This document shows positions 29,507 to 36,816 of a DNA stretch of 48,209 bases, piece by piece; position 1 is the first letter of the stretch, and the number at the start of each line of letters is the position of its first letter. The position numbers and the translations under genes are program-made. Source of the stretch: a virus. Its lineage: Duplodnaviria; Caudoviricetes. The DNA is taken from positions 1 to 48,209 of the IMG/VR virus record IMGVR_UViG_3300020358_000010. The stretch is one strand, 5' to 3'. The notes under the pieces are model-generated. The model saw nothing but the letters and a program-made list of their open reading frames with translations. It ran no database searches and was not told the origin of the DNA.

Positions 29507-29557
29507 GTTAAATTAAATTTGATTATTTTTAGCAAAGGTAAACAAAATATTTGCAAC

Positions 29558-29716
29558 ATGGAAGATTGGGTATTGACTATTGCGTTTCACTTTCCTCATG
29601 ACAGACTAGCTATCGGTTGGGAATTTATAAATGCAGATGATAAAGAAAACTACTATACAATAAATGTATTTTTATTTATAGCAACACTTACACTAGATAT
29701 GTTTCCATGTAAGTAA
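29558..29716 (+). CDS. Small hypothetical protein
   Basis: Likely start ATG 29558 (MEDWVLTIAFHFPHDRLAIGWEF...), divergent from groEL. Confidence 0.5.
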   Translation: MEDWVLTIAFHFPHDRLAIGWEFINADDKENYYTINVFLFIATLTLDMFPCK

Positions 29717-29894
29717 TGTAGAGTTTTTTCCTCCCTACTCTCTCTCTCTTATTATACACACAAAGATTTTATTTCCATATACGAGGCTTTAAACTTAACA
29801 TACTTAACATTATTAAATTAATATACTAGTAATCAATTAGTTATAAAACTAAAGTCTACATAAAGTTAACATAAAGTCTACATCAACTTAACAT
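29707..29894. repeat. Iteron-like array A with IHF consensus site (origin-like)
   Basis: Four tandem 11-mers at 29851-29894 (AAAGTCTACAT AAAGTTAACAT AAAGTCTACAT CAACTTAACAT), two more copies at 29791-29810, an inverted copy at 29716-29726, and an exact WATCAANNNNTTR at 29831-29843. Confidence 0.65.
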
Positions 29895-29902
29895 ATATGA
29901 AT

Positions 29903-29931
29903 AAAAAAGAGGAAGCCTTAGAAGCTTCCCC
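29903..29931 (-). terminator. Probable intrinsic terminator
   Basis: GGAAGC-cttagaa-GCTTCC hairpin with an A-run on the + strand, downstream of 29991..30191. Confidence 0.55.
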
Positions 29932-29990
29932 TATTATTGGTTAGTCAAAACACTACTTAAAACTAACCTAAACTAACTATGTCGCTATAG

Positions 29991-30191
29991 TTATCTTTTA
30001 AATAAGTCTATGTTAGCTTGAGATAACTCATTACCTTCTGCTATCATTTGAACTTTATTATATCTCTTAGCTTGTGCTCTCATCTGAGCCAACTTAGTAA
30101 TACCCATCTCAGGTGATGGTGCCATATTAATAAGTCTTCCATCTTTAATATCGTATCCTTGCATTGATGGTGGAATATTTAACTTTCTCAT
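29991..30191 (-). CDS. Small hypothetical protein (first gene of the minus-strand arm)
   Basis: Likely start MRKLNIPP at 30191, downstream of the -7 box at 30215-30222. Confidence 0.55.
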   Translation of the reverse strand: MRKLNIPPSMQGYDIKDGRLINMAPSPEMGITKLAQMRAQAKRYNKVQMIAEGNELSQANIDLFKR

Positions 30192-30632
30192 AATAATAAT
30201 TGTTGGTTGAGTTACAAAGATAATAAATTTATTTAGATGCATATAGCATTTGGGTTATATAGCATGACACGCAAGTGACCCCCATCCCGAAACCCGTTTT
30301 TTTTTGATTTGATTTTTTTATTTCCAAATTTTTATCTCTGATTTTTTGACGTTTTTCTTTTAACCTACCGGTACCAATGTGCTACCTACATGTGCAGCAG
30401 CCTGTATCCTGTAGCTGTGTGTTAATCCTGTCCTATTTGTCGCAGCTGTGACCCCTGCCCTGTAGCCCCCCAAGGCTGTGCGTATACTAAACAAAGACCG
30501 CAGGGAATAGCCTTCCCTCGATAGCCCCTGTACGATACATTATATATGTAAACAAACATACCCAAAAACACCTCTTGCAACTTACTGATAGTCAACGACT
30601 TATAACAAATATTAAAAATAAATTAAAAAAAC

Positions 30633-30690
30633 CTTGTGTAATACATATATATAGACGAGATTTGCACCGGAGATAAACGTTCCTTGACAT
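30633..30690 (+). promoter_or_regulatory. Probable first early promoter followed by a boxA-like element
   Basis: CTTG-N20-GAGATTTG (near-consensus -33/-7), then GTTCCTTGACAT at 30679-30690. Confidence 0.5.
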
Positions 30691-30774
30691 TTTGAGATAT
30701 AACGCACTGACAATCAGTTAGTTAGCTAATTTAAGCTTTCTATCTCGCTGATAATCAGCTAGTTATAGCGTACG

Positions 30775-30966
30775 TTGTGTGAACAATAGTAGTACTAGAT
30801 ACCATTAGGGTGCTATAATGATAACCAAATTTTTACCGCTAGGCGGAGCGAAAATCTAAGGGCTATTGGTGTAACAACAAAACTAACCAACACCTGTATG
30901 ACAGGCTAGTGAGAGCAATCCTCATGTTGGTAGCTAACAGCATAAAGTCCTTTGCGATTAACACAG
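30775..30966 (+). ncRNA. Candidate structured leader RNA
   Basis: Nested pairings CAATAGT/GCTATTG, TAGAT/ATCTA, CATTA/TAATG, CCGC/GCGG, CCTGT/ACAGG, TGAG/CTCA and TGTTGG/CTAACA in non-coding DNA. Confidence 0.4.
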
Positions 30967-30977
30967 GCATTATTACG

Positions 30978-31238
30978 ATGAAAACACTACAAGACTTATT
31001 AGAATTACAGGCTATTGCAATGGAGAAGTATAACAGCAAATCAGGTCTATCACATGGCGAAGTATTCTTTAGCTTTGCCGGTCACGTTAACACAATGGAT
31101 GTACGTTATTATCCTTTAGGATGGAACAAAAAAGATGAGGCAACAGAGTACAAATTTAATACCTATCTAACTGAAGATGGCATCCAAGCCATGTATTGGT
31201 GGATGATAGTGAACTTAAGAGTAACAAACAGAAAATAA
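30978..31238 (+). CDS. Early hypothetical protein
   Basis: ATG 30978 (MKTLQDLLEL...) preferred over the upstream GTG. Confidence 0.6.
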   Translation: MKTLQDLLELQAIAMEKYNSKSGLSHGEVFFSFAGHVNTMDVRYYPLGWNKKDEATEYKFNTYLTEDGIQAMYWWMIVNLRVTNRK

Positions 31239-31256
31239 TCAAATCAAATCTAAACA

Positions 31257-31273
31257 GGGGAGCACCGCTCCCC
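31257..31273. repeat. GGGGAGC-acc-GCTCCCC hairpin (copy 1 of 3)
   Basis: Perfect 7-bp stem, 3-nt loop, intergenic, no U-tract. Confidence 0.7.
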
Positions 31274-31288
31274 ACAAATCTTAAAATT

Positions 31289-31447
31289 ATGTCAAATACA
31301 CAAACATTACAAGCAGCAGCACAGCAACAATTTTTATTAGAAAATAACCTAGAGGCAGATTACAGAGCAGGGTTAATTTGCGAGGAAGAGTATAGCCTAG
31401 GATTACAAGGTATATTCAATAGAATAGCTACCCTGTATGGGTTTTAA
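31289..31447 (+). CDS. Early hypothetical protein (52 aa)
   Basis: ATG 31289 (MSNTQTLQAAAQQQ...) after an A-rich leader. Confidence 0.55.
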   Translation: MSNTQTLQAAAQQQFLLENNLEADYRAGLICEEEYSLGLQGIFNRIATLYGF

Positions 31448-31454
31448 TACCAAT

Positions 31455-31469
31455 GGGAGCATTGCTCCC
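31455..31469. repeat. GGGAGC-att-GCTCCC hairpin (copy 2 of 3)
   Basis: Abuts the 5' end of the hammerhead. Confidence 0.7.
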
Positions 31470-31521
31470 CGGTAAGGTAGTGTATAATCTGCCTCTGATG
31501 ATTCCATAAGGATGAAACCGG
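31469..31521 (+). ncRNA. Type III hammerhead ribozyme
   Basis: Stem III CCGGU/ACCGG, cleavage triplet GUA (cut after 31474), stem I AGGUAG/CUGCCU with loop UGUAUAAU, core CUGAUGA (31495-31501), stem II (U)UCC-AUAA-GGA(U), then GAAA (31514-31517). Confidence 0.88.
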
Positions 31522-31540
31522 TAATTTAAATCTTATTAAA

Positions 31541-32476
31541 ATGAACAAAAATTCGATTGCAAAAAAAGTAAAAGAAACCCTGCTAGAGGGATTAAAGCAA
31601 GATGGTCTAAAATGGTTTAAGCCATGGAAGGCAGGAGATAACTACCCTATTAATAACAATAGCGGTAGAGTATACAGGGGCTTTAATACATTTATTCTTA
31701 ATGCTGAAATGCGTAAAGGATACGAGCATAACGAATGGGATACCTTCAAGGGTATATCATCAAGAGAGGGTAAAGTTGTTAAGGGTCAAAAAGGTACAGA
31801 TGTGTATCTATGGCTAGTATCTTATATTGCCAAAGGCGGCAGCAATACTTGGTACAAATCTAAAGCCGAATGCATGCGAAAAGAAGGAGTATCTGCACAG
31901 GATGTGATACCAAATTTTAACCTGCGATTTTACAAGGTTTGGAACATTGCACAATGCGAAGGATTAAAGCCAAGGAGATTACCTGCAGGTAGCGAAGTAG
32001 AGATAAAGCCTATCGACAGCTGCGAGAAAATCGTAGCAGATTACAAGGCAGCAAATACAAAGCTAAATATCAGCGAAATTGACCAAGACCAAGCCTTTTA
32101 TAGACCAAGTACAGATAGTATTACTATGCCATTAAAAAAGCAATTTGATAAGCTAGATAGATTCTATCATACACTATTCCATGAGATGGTGCACAGCACA
32201 GGGCATGAGTCTAGATTGAATCGCAAAGGAGTAGCTACAACAGACGTACTGCGAAAAACCAAGCATGACTATGCCTTTGAAGAGTTAATTGCTGAATCAG
32301 GTGCTATGATGCTATCGGGATATGCAGGAATCTGTACAGATACCGAGTTAGATGAAAAGCAATCTATAGCTTATATCAATGGTTGGGTAAAGGCTGTAAA
32401 AGAGGCAGATGAGAAGGCTGTGATATCAGCCCTAACGCAAAGCCAAAAGGCTACAGATTACATCCTAGGCAACTAG
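31541..32476 (+). CDS. ardC: Antirestriction protein ArdC (ssDNA-binding + zincin-like domains)
   Basis: W.KPW, P.N..SGR.YRG.N, W.TFK, V.KGQKG, VWNIAQCEG, AFYRPSTDSITMP, HEMVHSTGH.SRLNR and YAFEELIAE motifs. Confidence 0.92.
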   Translation: MNKNSIAKKVKETLLEGLKQDGLKWFKPWKAGDNYPINNNSGRVYRGFNTFILNAEMRKGYEHNEWDTFKGISSREGKVVKGQKGTDVYLWLVSYIAKGGSNTWYKSKAECMRKEGVSAQDVIPNFNLRFYKVWNIAQCEGLKPRRLPAGSEVEIKPIDSCEKIVADYKAANTKLNISEIDQDQAFYRPSTDSITMPLKKQFDKLDRFYHTLFHEMVHSTGHESRLNRKGVATTDVLRKTKHDYAFEELIAESGAMMLSGYAGICTDTELDEKQSIAYINGWVKAVKEADEKAVISALTQSQKATDYILGN

Positions 32477-32484
32477 CCTAGGAT
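32462..32484. other. Hairpin overlapping the ardC stop codon
   Basis: ATCCTAGGC-aacta-GCCTAGGAT perfect 9-bp stem with no U-tract. Confidence 0.65.
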
Positions 32485-32488
32485 TACT

Positions 32489-32533
32489 TCCCTGAATGGT
32501 TGCAAAGATGTTCGATTCATCTTCAGGGAGCTA
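32489..32533 (+). ncRNA. Minimal tRNA-like element, copy 1
   Basis: TCCCTG-AATGGTTGCA-AAGATG-TTCGATT-CATCTT-CAGGGA-GCTA. Confidence 0.75.
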
Positions 32534-32560
32534 TTATTAACTAAATAACACAATTAAATT

Positions 32561-32827
32561 ATGAAAGAAAATAAACTAATAGCAGAGTTTATGGGGCTTG
32601 AGGTCTTATATAGACCTAATTCAAATGGCTTCATTGAAATATCAGATACAGAACTTTGTGATGTTGATGATTTGGAGTACCACACCTCTTGGGATTGGCT
32701 GATGCCTGTGATTGATAAATGTTATCAAGAACATATGAGTAAACATATTGCAGATGCGGTTATGACTTGTGATATAGATAAAGCACACCAAGAAATAGTA
32801 GAATTTATTAATCAATTAAACAACTAA
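32561..32827 (+). CDS. Early hypothetical protein
   Basis: NKLIAEFMG...YHTSWDWLMPVIDK motif, a recurrent small phage protein type. Confidence 0.7.
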   Translation: MKENKLIAEFMGLEVLYRPNSNGFIEISDTELCDVDDLEYHTSWDWLMPVIDKCYQEHMSKHIADAVMTCDIDKAHQEIVEFINQLNN

Positions 32828-32831
32828 AATT

Positions 32832-33056
32832 ATGAAAGTAGAATATTGGAACTCACGTGAGTTAGTAAGAACAGATGAATGGGCTGACACAGATGAGTCA
32901 TTTGCGAAGTATTATAGATTAAACAATGAATTGAAATATTGTAACGGAAGTTATTACAAGTTTGTAAGTGATGACGTAAGGAGAAGATACATTGAAGAAT
33001 TTTTTCCTAAACACCATACAATAAGAAATTACTACAGAGGTGGAGTAGTAGATTAA
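32832..33056 (+). CDS. Early hypothetical protein
   Basis: Tightly packed ORF with an A-rich leader. Confidence 0.6.
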   Translation: MKVEYWNSRELVRTDEWADTDESFAKYYRLNNELKYCNGSYYKFVSDDVRRRYIEEFFPKHHTIRNYYRGGVVD

Positions 33057-33074
33057 TAACTAAATATATATAAC

Positions 33075-33320
33075 ATGAAAACAATGTACAAAGTAGTGAC
33101 GTTGGACGAATCGGGTCTAAACGTAACACAGGAAGAGGGGTTTAAAACATCAGCCGCAGCACAACAAGAGGCTAAGGAATGCATCGAGAGATGGGGAGAA
33201 ATGTTTGGTCAAGATTTTTGGGTAGAGCCTTACGAACAAAAGCCCCACAAAGAGCCAAGAGTATACAACAATAACGCAGTAGATGGATGGGAAGATTTGT
33301 ATCCATTAGACGAGTATTAA
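33075..33320 (+). CDS. Early hypothetical protein
   Basis: Leader ATATATATAAC-ATG shared with the next gene. Confidence 0.6.
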   Translation: MKTMYKVVTLDESGLNVTQEEGFKTSAAAQQEAKECIERWGEMFGQDFWVEPYEQKPHKEPRVYNNNAVDGWEDLYPLDEY

Positions 33321-33337
33321 TTTAATATATATATAAC

Positions 33338-33565
33338 ATGAATTATTTAGAAAGAATTAAGCAATTAGAAGAGATGGTAGAAACCCTGCAGGAAAGATTA
33401 GGAGAACACCAAGATTACGAGGTAAGAGACCTAACAGAGGAAGAACACTTCTCAGTATCTCACGCAATGCAATGTCACTACGACAGATGGGATGATGCCC
33501 AAGAGAGGCTTGAAAGGGGAGAGATATGCCCGGAGCAGGCAGCAGAGCTAAGAATGGGAGCATAA
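33338..33565 (+). CDS. Early hypothetical acidic protein
   Basis: Leader ATATATATAAC-ATG. Confidence 0.6.
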   Translation: MNYLERIKQLEEMVETLQERLGEHQDYEVRDLTEEEHFSVSHAMQCHYDRWDDAQERLERGEICPEQAAELRMGA

Positions 33566-33581
33566 AATAAATATAAATACA

Positions 33582-33626
33582 ATCCGGAATGGTTGCAGGG
33601 ATGTTCGATTCATCCCCCGGATACTA
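33582..33626 (+). ncRNA. Minimal tRNA-like element, copy 2
   Basis: ATCCGG-AATGGTTGCA-GGGATG-TTCGATT-CATCCC-CCGGAT-ACTA; compensatory stem changes relative to copy 1. Confidence 0.75.
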
Positions 33627-33642
33627 ACCAATACAATTAACT

Positions 33643-33786
33643 ATGAATTATGTACAAAGAGCAGAGTATGAATTGCAACAATTAAACCTTTGGTTTGAGC
33701 AAAACAAAGGCTTACAGGGAACAAAGGAATGGAACAAAAATATTAACAGAGGTATTGACTTAACAGAGATAGTTCAAGACTTATAA
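33643..33786 (+). CDS. Small early protein (47 aa)
   Basis: My translation MNYVQRAEYELQQLNLWFEQNK... Confidence 0.5.
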   Translation: MNYVQRAEYELQQLNLWFEQNKGLQGTKEWNKNINRGIDLTEIVQDL

Positions 33787-33796
33787 AAAAACAATT

Positions 33797-33910
33797 ATGA
33801 ACCCAAAAAAGTTAGGCAAGATTGCCAAGAAGTTGCAGGTAATATTTTTATACCTGTGCCCAAGTTATTTTTTAATCAGAGTATTAATCTCTATAATTTT
33901 TGACATATGA
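33797..33910 (+). CDS. Small membrane peptide (37 aa)
   Basis: MNPKKLGKIAKKLQVIFLYLCPSYFLIRVLISIIFDI; ATGA overlap with the next gene. Confidence 0.45.
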   Translation: MNPKKLGKIAKKLQVIFLYLCPSYFLIRVLISIIFDI

Positions 33911-34101
33911 AATGTTTGTTTAAGGACCCGGAAGAGCAGCCAAAAGAGTTAGCTGTAATAGTAGAAAAATATGATAACAGGTATGCCATGTGCGACATGG
34001 ATTATCATGATACAAAACAATACCTAGATGAGGTTGAAGCTGTTGGCTACACCTTTGAATGGGGTCTTGACAATGTTCCATATAATTTAATAAAGCTATG
34101 A
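33907..34101 (+). CDS. Early hypothetical protein
   Basis: Translationally coupled ORF; GYTFEWGLD..PY.L motif. Confidence 0.6.
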   Translation: MKCLFKDPEEQPKELAVIVEKYDNRYAMCDMDYHDTKQYLDEVEAVGYTFEWGLDNVPYNLIKL

Positions 34102-34319
34102 TATATATAATAAATATAAAATCAGTATACGGAAATTACTCTGTATTTGAGAAGGAGTTTACTGATGACAGGCATCAATCCAATTGGTATAGATTCATGG
34201 TAAAGAAGGGTCACAAGGTAATAGGCATCACACCCAAGCACGCATGTGTACATCGTAAAGAGCAACAGCTTATGCATCAGCACAGGAAAGACAAAAGGAA
34301 TCGTAAAGCCTTGATTTAA
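34098..34319 (+). CDS. Early hypothetical protein
   Basis: ATGA-coupled ORF. Confidence 0.55.
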   Translation: MIYIINIKSVYGNYSVFEKEFTDDRHQSNWYRFMVKKGHKVIGITPKHACVHRKEQQLMHQHRKDKRNRKALI

Positions 34320-34336
34320 AGTGAGTTAAAAATAAA

Positions 34337-34368
34337 TTTGTGTGTGTCGATTATTTGTCGTATGTTTG
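34337..34368 (+). promoter_or_regulatory. Bacteroidota sigma-A-type promoter
   Basis: TTTG-N20-TATGTTTG consensus -33/-7. Confidence 0.8.
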
Positions 34369-34491
34369 CACAAATTGAGTTCAAAAAATTATTAATTAAC
34401 ACCAAAATCTTATGAAAAAAACAATCAAAAAGTTAAAAGAATTATTAACCGAGATAGCAGCCGGAGCTGCCTTCGCAATACGTAATTAATT

Positions 34492-34740
34492 ATGACACAA
34501 TCAGAGAGAGTAAGTTATTTATTTGATAAAATAAGAGACTATAAAGTTAAAGCCTTTGGCATGTCTAAACAAGATGCTGCATCTGATGTGCAGGAATTTA
34601 TGAGACAATGCTGCAGGATATGGAACCCGGATGAGTACGAACATCAGTACATGTCTGACACAAATGTAGTTAAGATGTTAAAACAATATCTAGCAAAGGA
34701 TGTTACGTACTACAAGGAGAATAATATAATATATAAATAA
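34492..34740 (+). CDS. Hypothetical protein
   Basis: ORF downstream of the promoter; a 25-aa ORF at 34412..34489 precedes it. Confidence 0.55.
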   Translation: MTQSERVSYLFDKIRDYKVKAFGMSKQDAASDVQEFMRQCCRIWNPDEYEHQYMSDTNVVKMLKQYLAKDVTYYKENNIIYK

Positions 34741-34750
34741 AACACTACAG

Positions 34751-35878
34751 ATGAAAAAAATAGATTTTAATAAAGACAAGTACAACAATCTAACCAATAT
34801 AAATTGGACAGAGCATGTGGATTATGCCACAATAAAATTTGTTGTACTAACCGGCAAAAGAAAAGGTCAAGAGATAATAATAAAGCACAGGGTTGAAGGC
34901 AACATGGAGCTGTATGATTCATTGGTTAAAGATGATATAATAATAGCAACAGATTATACCAAGAGATACCTGCGAGAGGGGGTACAAAGACAGGTGCAGG
35001 CTAAGGTAAACAAACATTTATTTAATTATAATCGAGGGATAAATATATACAATGAGTTAGCAGAGCTTGATGTGAAAGATAAACGAAGGGATAACTACAC
35101 AGAGCATGTGGTAGATGGTAAAGTAAGTGATGAAGAAATAAAAATAGTTAACAGGGTCGAAAGTTTAAGCTCAATTGAATTTCATCCCAATGGGCATGAT
35201 TGTTTATACGATTATAAAAGAGATGACCCAAGTGGTGAAAAATATATATACAAAAAAACATGGGCACACAATAGTGTTACTGAGGAGTGCTGTGATATAT
35301 ATATTAGCTTCTGTATTAACCATATAAACCATGGCAACAATCAAGAGTTTTATCTTCCGGATGTTGAGGTAACAGCAAAATATAAAGAGTATTTTCATTG
35401 GGAGAAAAGGATAAAAGATGCCGAGATAGATTTAATATGTGCATCAAGTAAAGATAATTCACAGCTTACGTTCAATAGCTATAGGCTACAGAATTCATCA
35501 AGGAAGGTGAGTCTTAATATGTTTATGGTCTATGTCAGAGAGACAACAAAAGAAAATATATTTAGGTGTAAAGATGACACATCACGACAAAGTAATCTTG
35601 ATACACAGATGGATGTGTTAGTTGAAAGGTTTCCAAATGAAAAAGTATCGTTAGAACATTGCTACAAGAGAAACTTGACCCACAACTATCACAGCTATTG
35701 GGGTAGAACAGATAAGGAATGTATCCGGGTATTGTTTAAGGATGAAAGCTACATATTATATAACAAAGAGTTAGCACAAAAAGATGGCAAGCTTGAGGTG
35801 GTGGGTGTGTATGATTCGCAGCATGAGTTTGTAAAAGAGGGTGTAGCTATAGAAAAATTAATAATTCAAAACAATTAG
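34751..35878 (+). CDS. Hypothetical protein (375 aa)
   Basis: Long ORF; no motif recognised. Confidence 0.7.
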   Translation: MKKIDFNKDKYNNLTNINWTEHVDYATIKFVVLTGKRKGQEIIIKHRVEGNMELYDSLVKDDIIIATDYTKRYLREGVQRQVQAKVNKHLFNYNRGINIYNELAELDVKDKRRDNYTEHVVDGKVSDEEIKIVNRVESLSSIEFHPNGHDCLYDYKRDDPSGEKYIYKKTWAHNSVTEECCDIYISFCINHINHGNNQEFYLPDVEVTAKYKEYFHWEKRIKDAEIDLICASSKDNSQLTFNSYRLQNSSRKVSLNMFMVYVRETTKENIFRCKDDTSRQSNLDTQMDVLVERFPNEKVSLEHCYKRNLTHNYHSYWGRTDKECIRVLFKDESYILYNKELAQKDGKLEVVGVYDSQHEFVKEGVAIEKLIIQNN

Positions 35879-35883
35879 AGATT

Positions 35884-36042
35884 ATGGTAAACTTTGAATG
35901 GTCAAGCCTATCTGTTCAGCAGAAGGTAAATGTTAAACAACATGCAATTGATTTGCATGGCAAGAGATGGCACACAGCTAAGCCTGATTTTTGTGGCAGG
36001 TTAAATAGCCTGCAGCTGTATACTATTTTATCAGCATACTAA
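35884..36042 (+). CDS. Small hypothetical protein (52 aa)
   Basis: My translation MVNFEWSSLSVQQKVNVKQHA... Confidence 0.45.
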   Translation: MVNFEWSSLSVQQKVNVKQHAIDLHGKRWHTAKPDFCGRLNSLQLYTILSAY

Positions 36043-36051
36043 TATATAATA

Positions 36052-36145
36052 ACTTGGGTGCTACCTTGGTGGTCGGCATGGTTTTGTAAGATTTGACTTG
36101 TCGTTAGATTAATAATAAGAGGTTCGACTCCTCGCCCAAGTACTA
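36052..36145 (+). ncRNA. tRNA-like element, copy 3 (expanded interior)
   Basis: ACTTGGGT/GCCCAAGT outer stem, GAGG-TTCGACT-CCTC T-arm, ACTA end and an internal hairpin ATTTGAC/GTTAGAT. Confidence 0.65.
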
Positions 36146-36164
36146 ACTTTTAAACACTACAAAT

Positions 36165-36464
36165 ATGAGACAGATTTCATTTGATGCTGCAGAAAAATTC
36201 ATGCAGGCAACAGCTTTTAGAAAAGCAAACACAGAGGTTGTAACACTACCTAATGTAACAATCCTTAAACTATTTGGTAATGAAATAGCTTACAGGTACA
36301 ATGACCCAAGCAACACACTAAGTATAACTAATTGTGGATGGAAGACAAACGTTACCAAGGATAGATTGAATGCACTACCTAACGTAAGCATCAATCAAGC
36401 AAAGGGAAAGTGGTACCTAAACAATGAGCTGTGGGATGGTAATTTAATTGATATAAAAAAATAA
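36165..36464 (+). CDS. Conserved-looking hypothetical phage protein
   Basis: NT.V...L.LFGN.IA...ITNCGW.TNVTKDRLNAL motif. Confidence 0.7.
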   Translation: MRQISFDAAEKFMQATAFRKANTEVVTLPNVTILKLFGNEIAYRYNDPSNTLSITNCGWKTNVTKDRLNALPNVSINQAKGKWYLNNELWDGNLIDIKK

Positions 36465-36467
36465 GAT

Positions 36468-36815
36468 ATGATAAACACTTGGATTTTTGATGTGATAACT
36501 ATTGATAGTGGTCACGAGTTAGGTTGGTTACACCAATCAAAGAACAACGACATAGCACCGGAAGATTTGTACATGGATAAGTACGACATGGAGAATGCAG
36601 CACGAGACATTATTAATAGTGGAGATGATTTTGAGAATTACTTTTTTGAGGCTACAGATATTGATGAATGGGTAAAGGAGAGAGATAGGTGTGAGGAATG
36701 TGAAGGAGATGGTACAATAATATCAGCAACACATGATGACCCATACAATGAAGTGCCATGTCCGGAATGCACAGGGGATGAAGATAGATTATATGAATTA
36801 AAAAACGATAAGTAA
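36468..36815 (+). CDS. Acidic protein with a DnaJ-like zinc ribbon
   Basis: CEECEGDG...CPECTG. Confidence 0.6.
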   Translation: MINTWIFDVITIDSGHELGWLHQSKNNDIAPEDLYMDKYDMENAARDIINSGDDFENYFFEATDIDEWVKERDRCEECEGDGTIISATHDDPYNEVPCPECTGDEDRLYELKNDK

Positions 36816-36816
36816 T

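Larger units (their letters stand above)
1393..30222 (-). promoter_or_regulatory. Eleven dispersed Bacteroidota-type -7 boxes (TAnnTTTG) upstream of late genes
   Basis: CAAAnnTA on the + strand at 1393, 10596, 14142, 16653, 19911, 21298, 24875, 25390, 27124, 29533 and 30215, each shortly upstream of a minus-strand start codon. Confidence 0.75.

Noticed and set aside
236-29516. Many plus-strand ORFs in the track overlapping the late genes (e.g. 17987..18421, 23881..24402, 29199..29516)
   Set aside because: Antisense shadows of well-supported minus-strand genes, with Ser/Pro/Leu/Phe-rich composition and no motifs.
29737-29749. (CT)n microsatellite as a phase-variation tract
   Set aside because: Short and intergenic; better explained as part of the pyrimidine tract of origin-like locus A.
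32489-36145. Calling the T-loop elements canonical tRNA genes
   Set aside because: No anticodon arm in the two short copies, no convincing one in the third, and ends are CTA rather than CCA.
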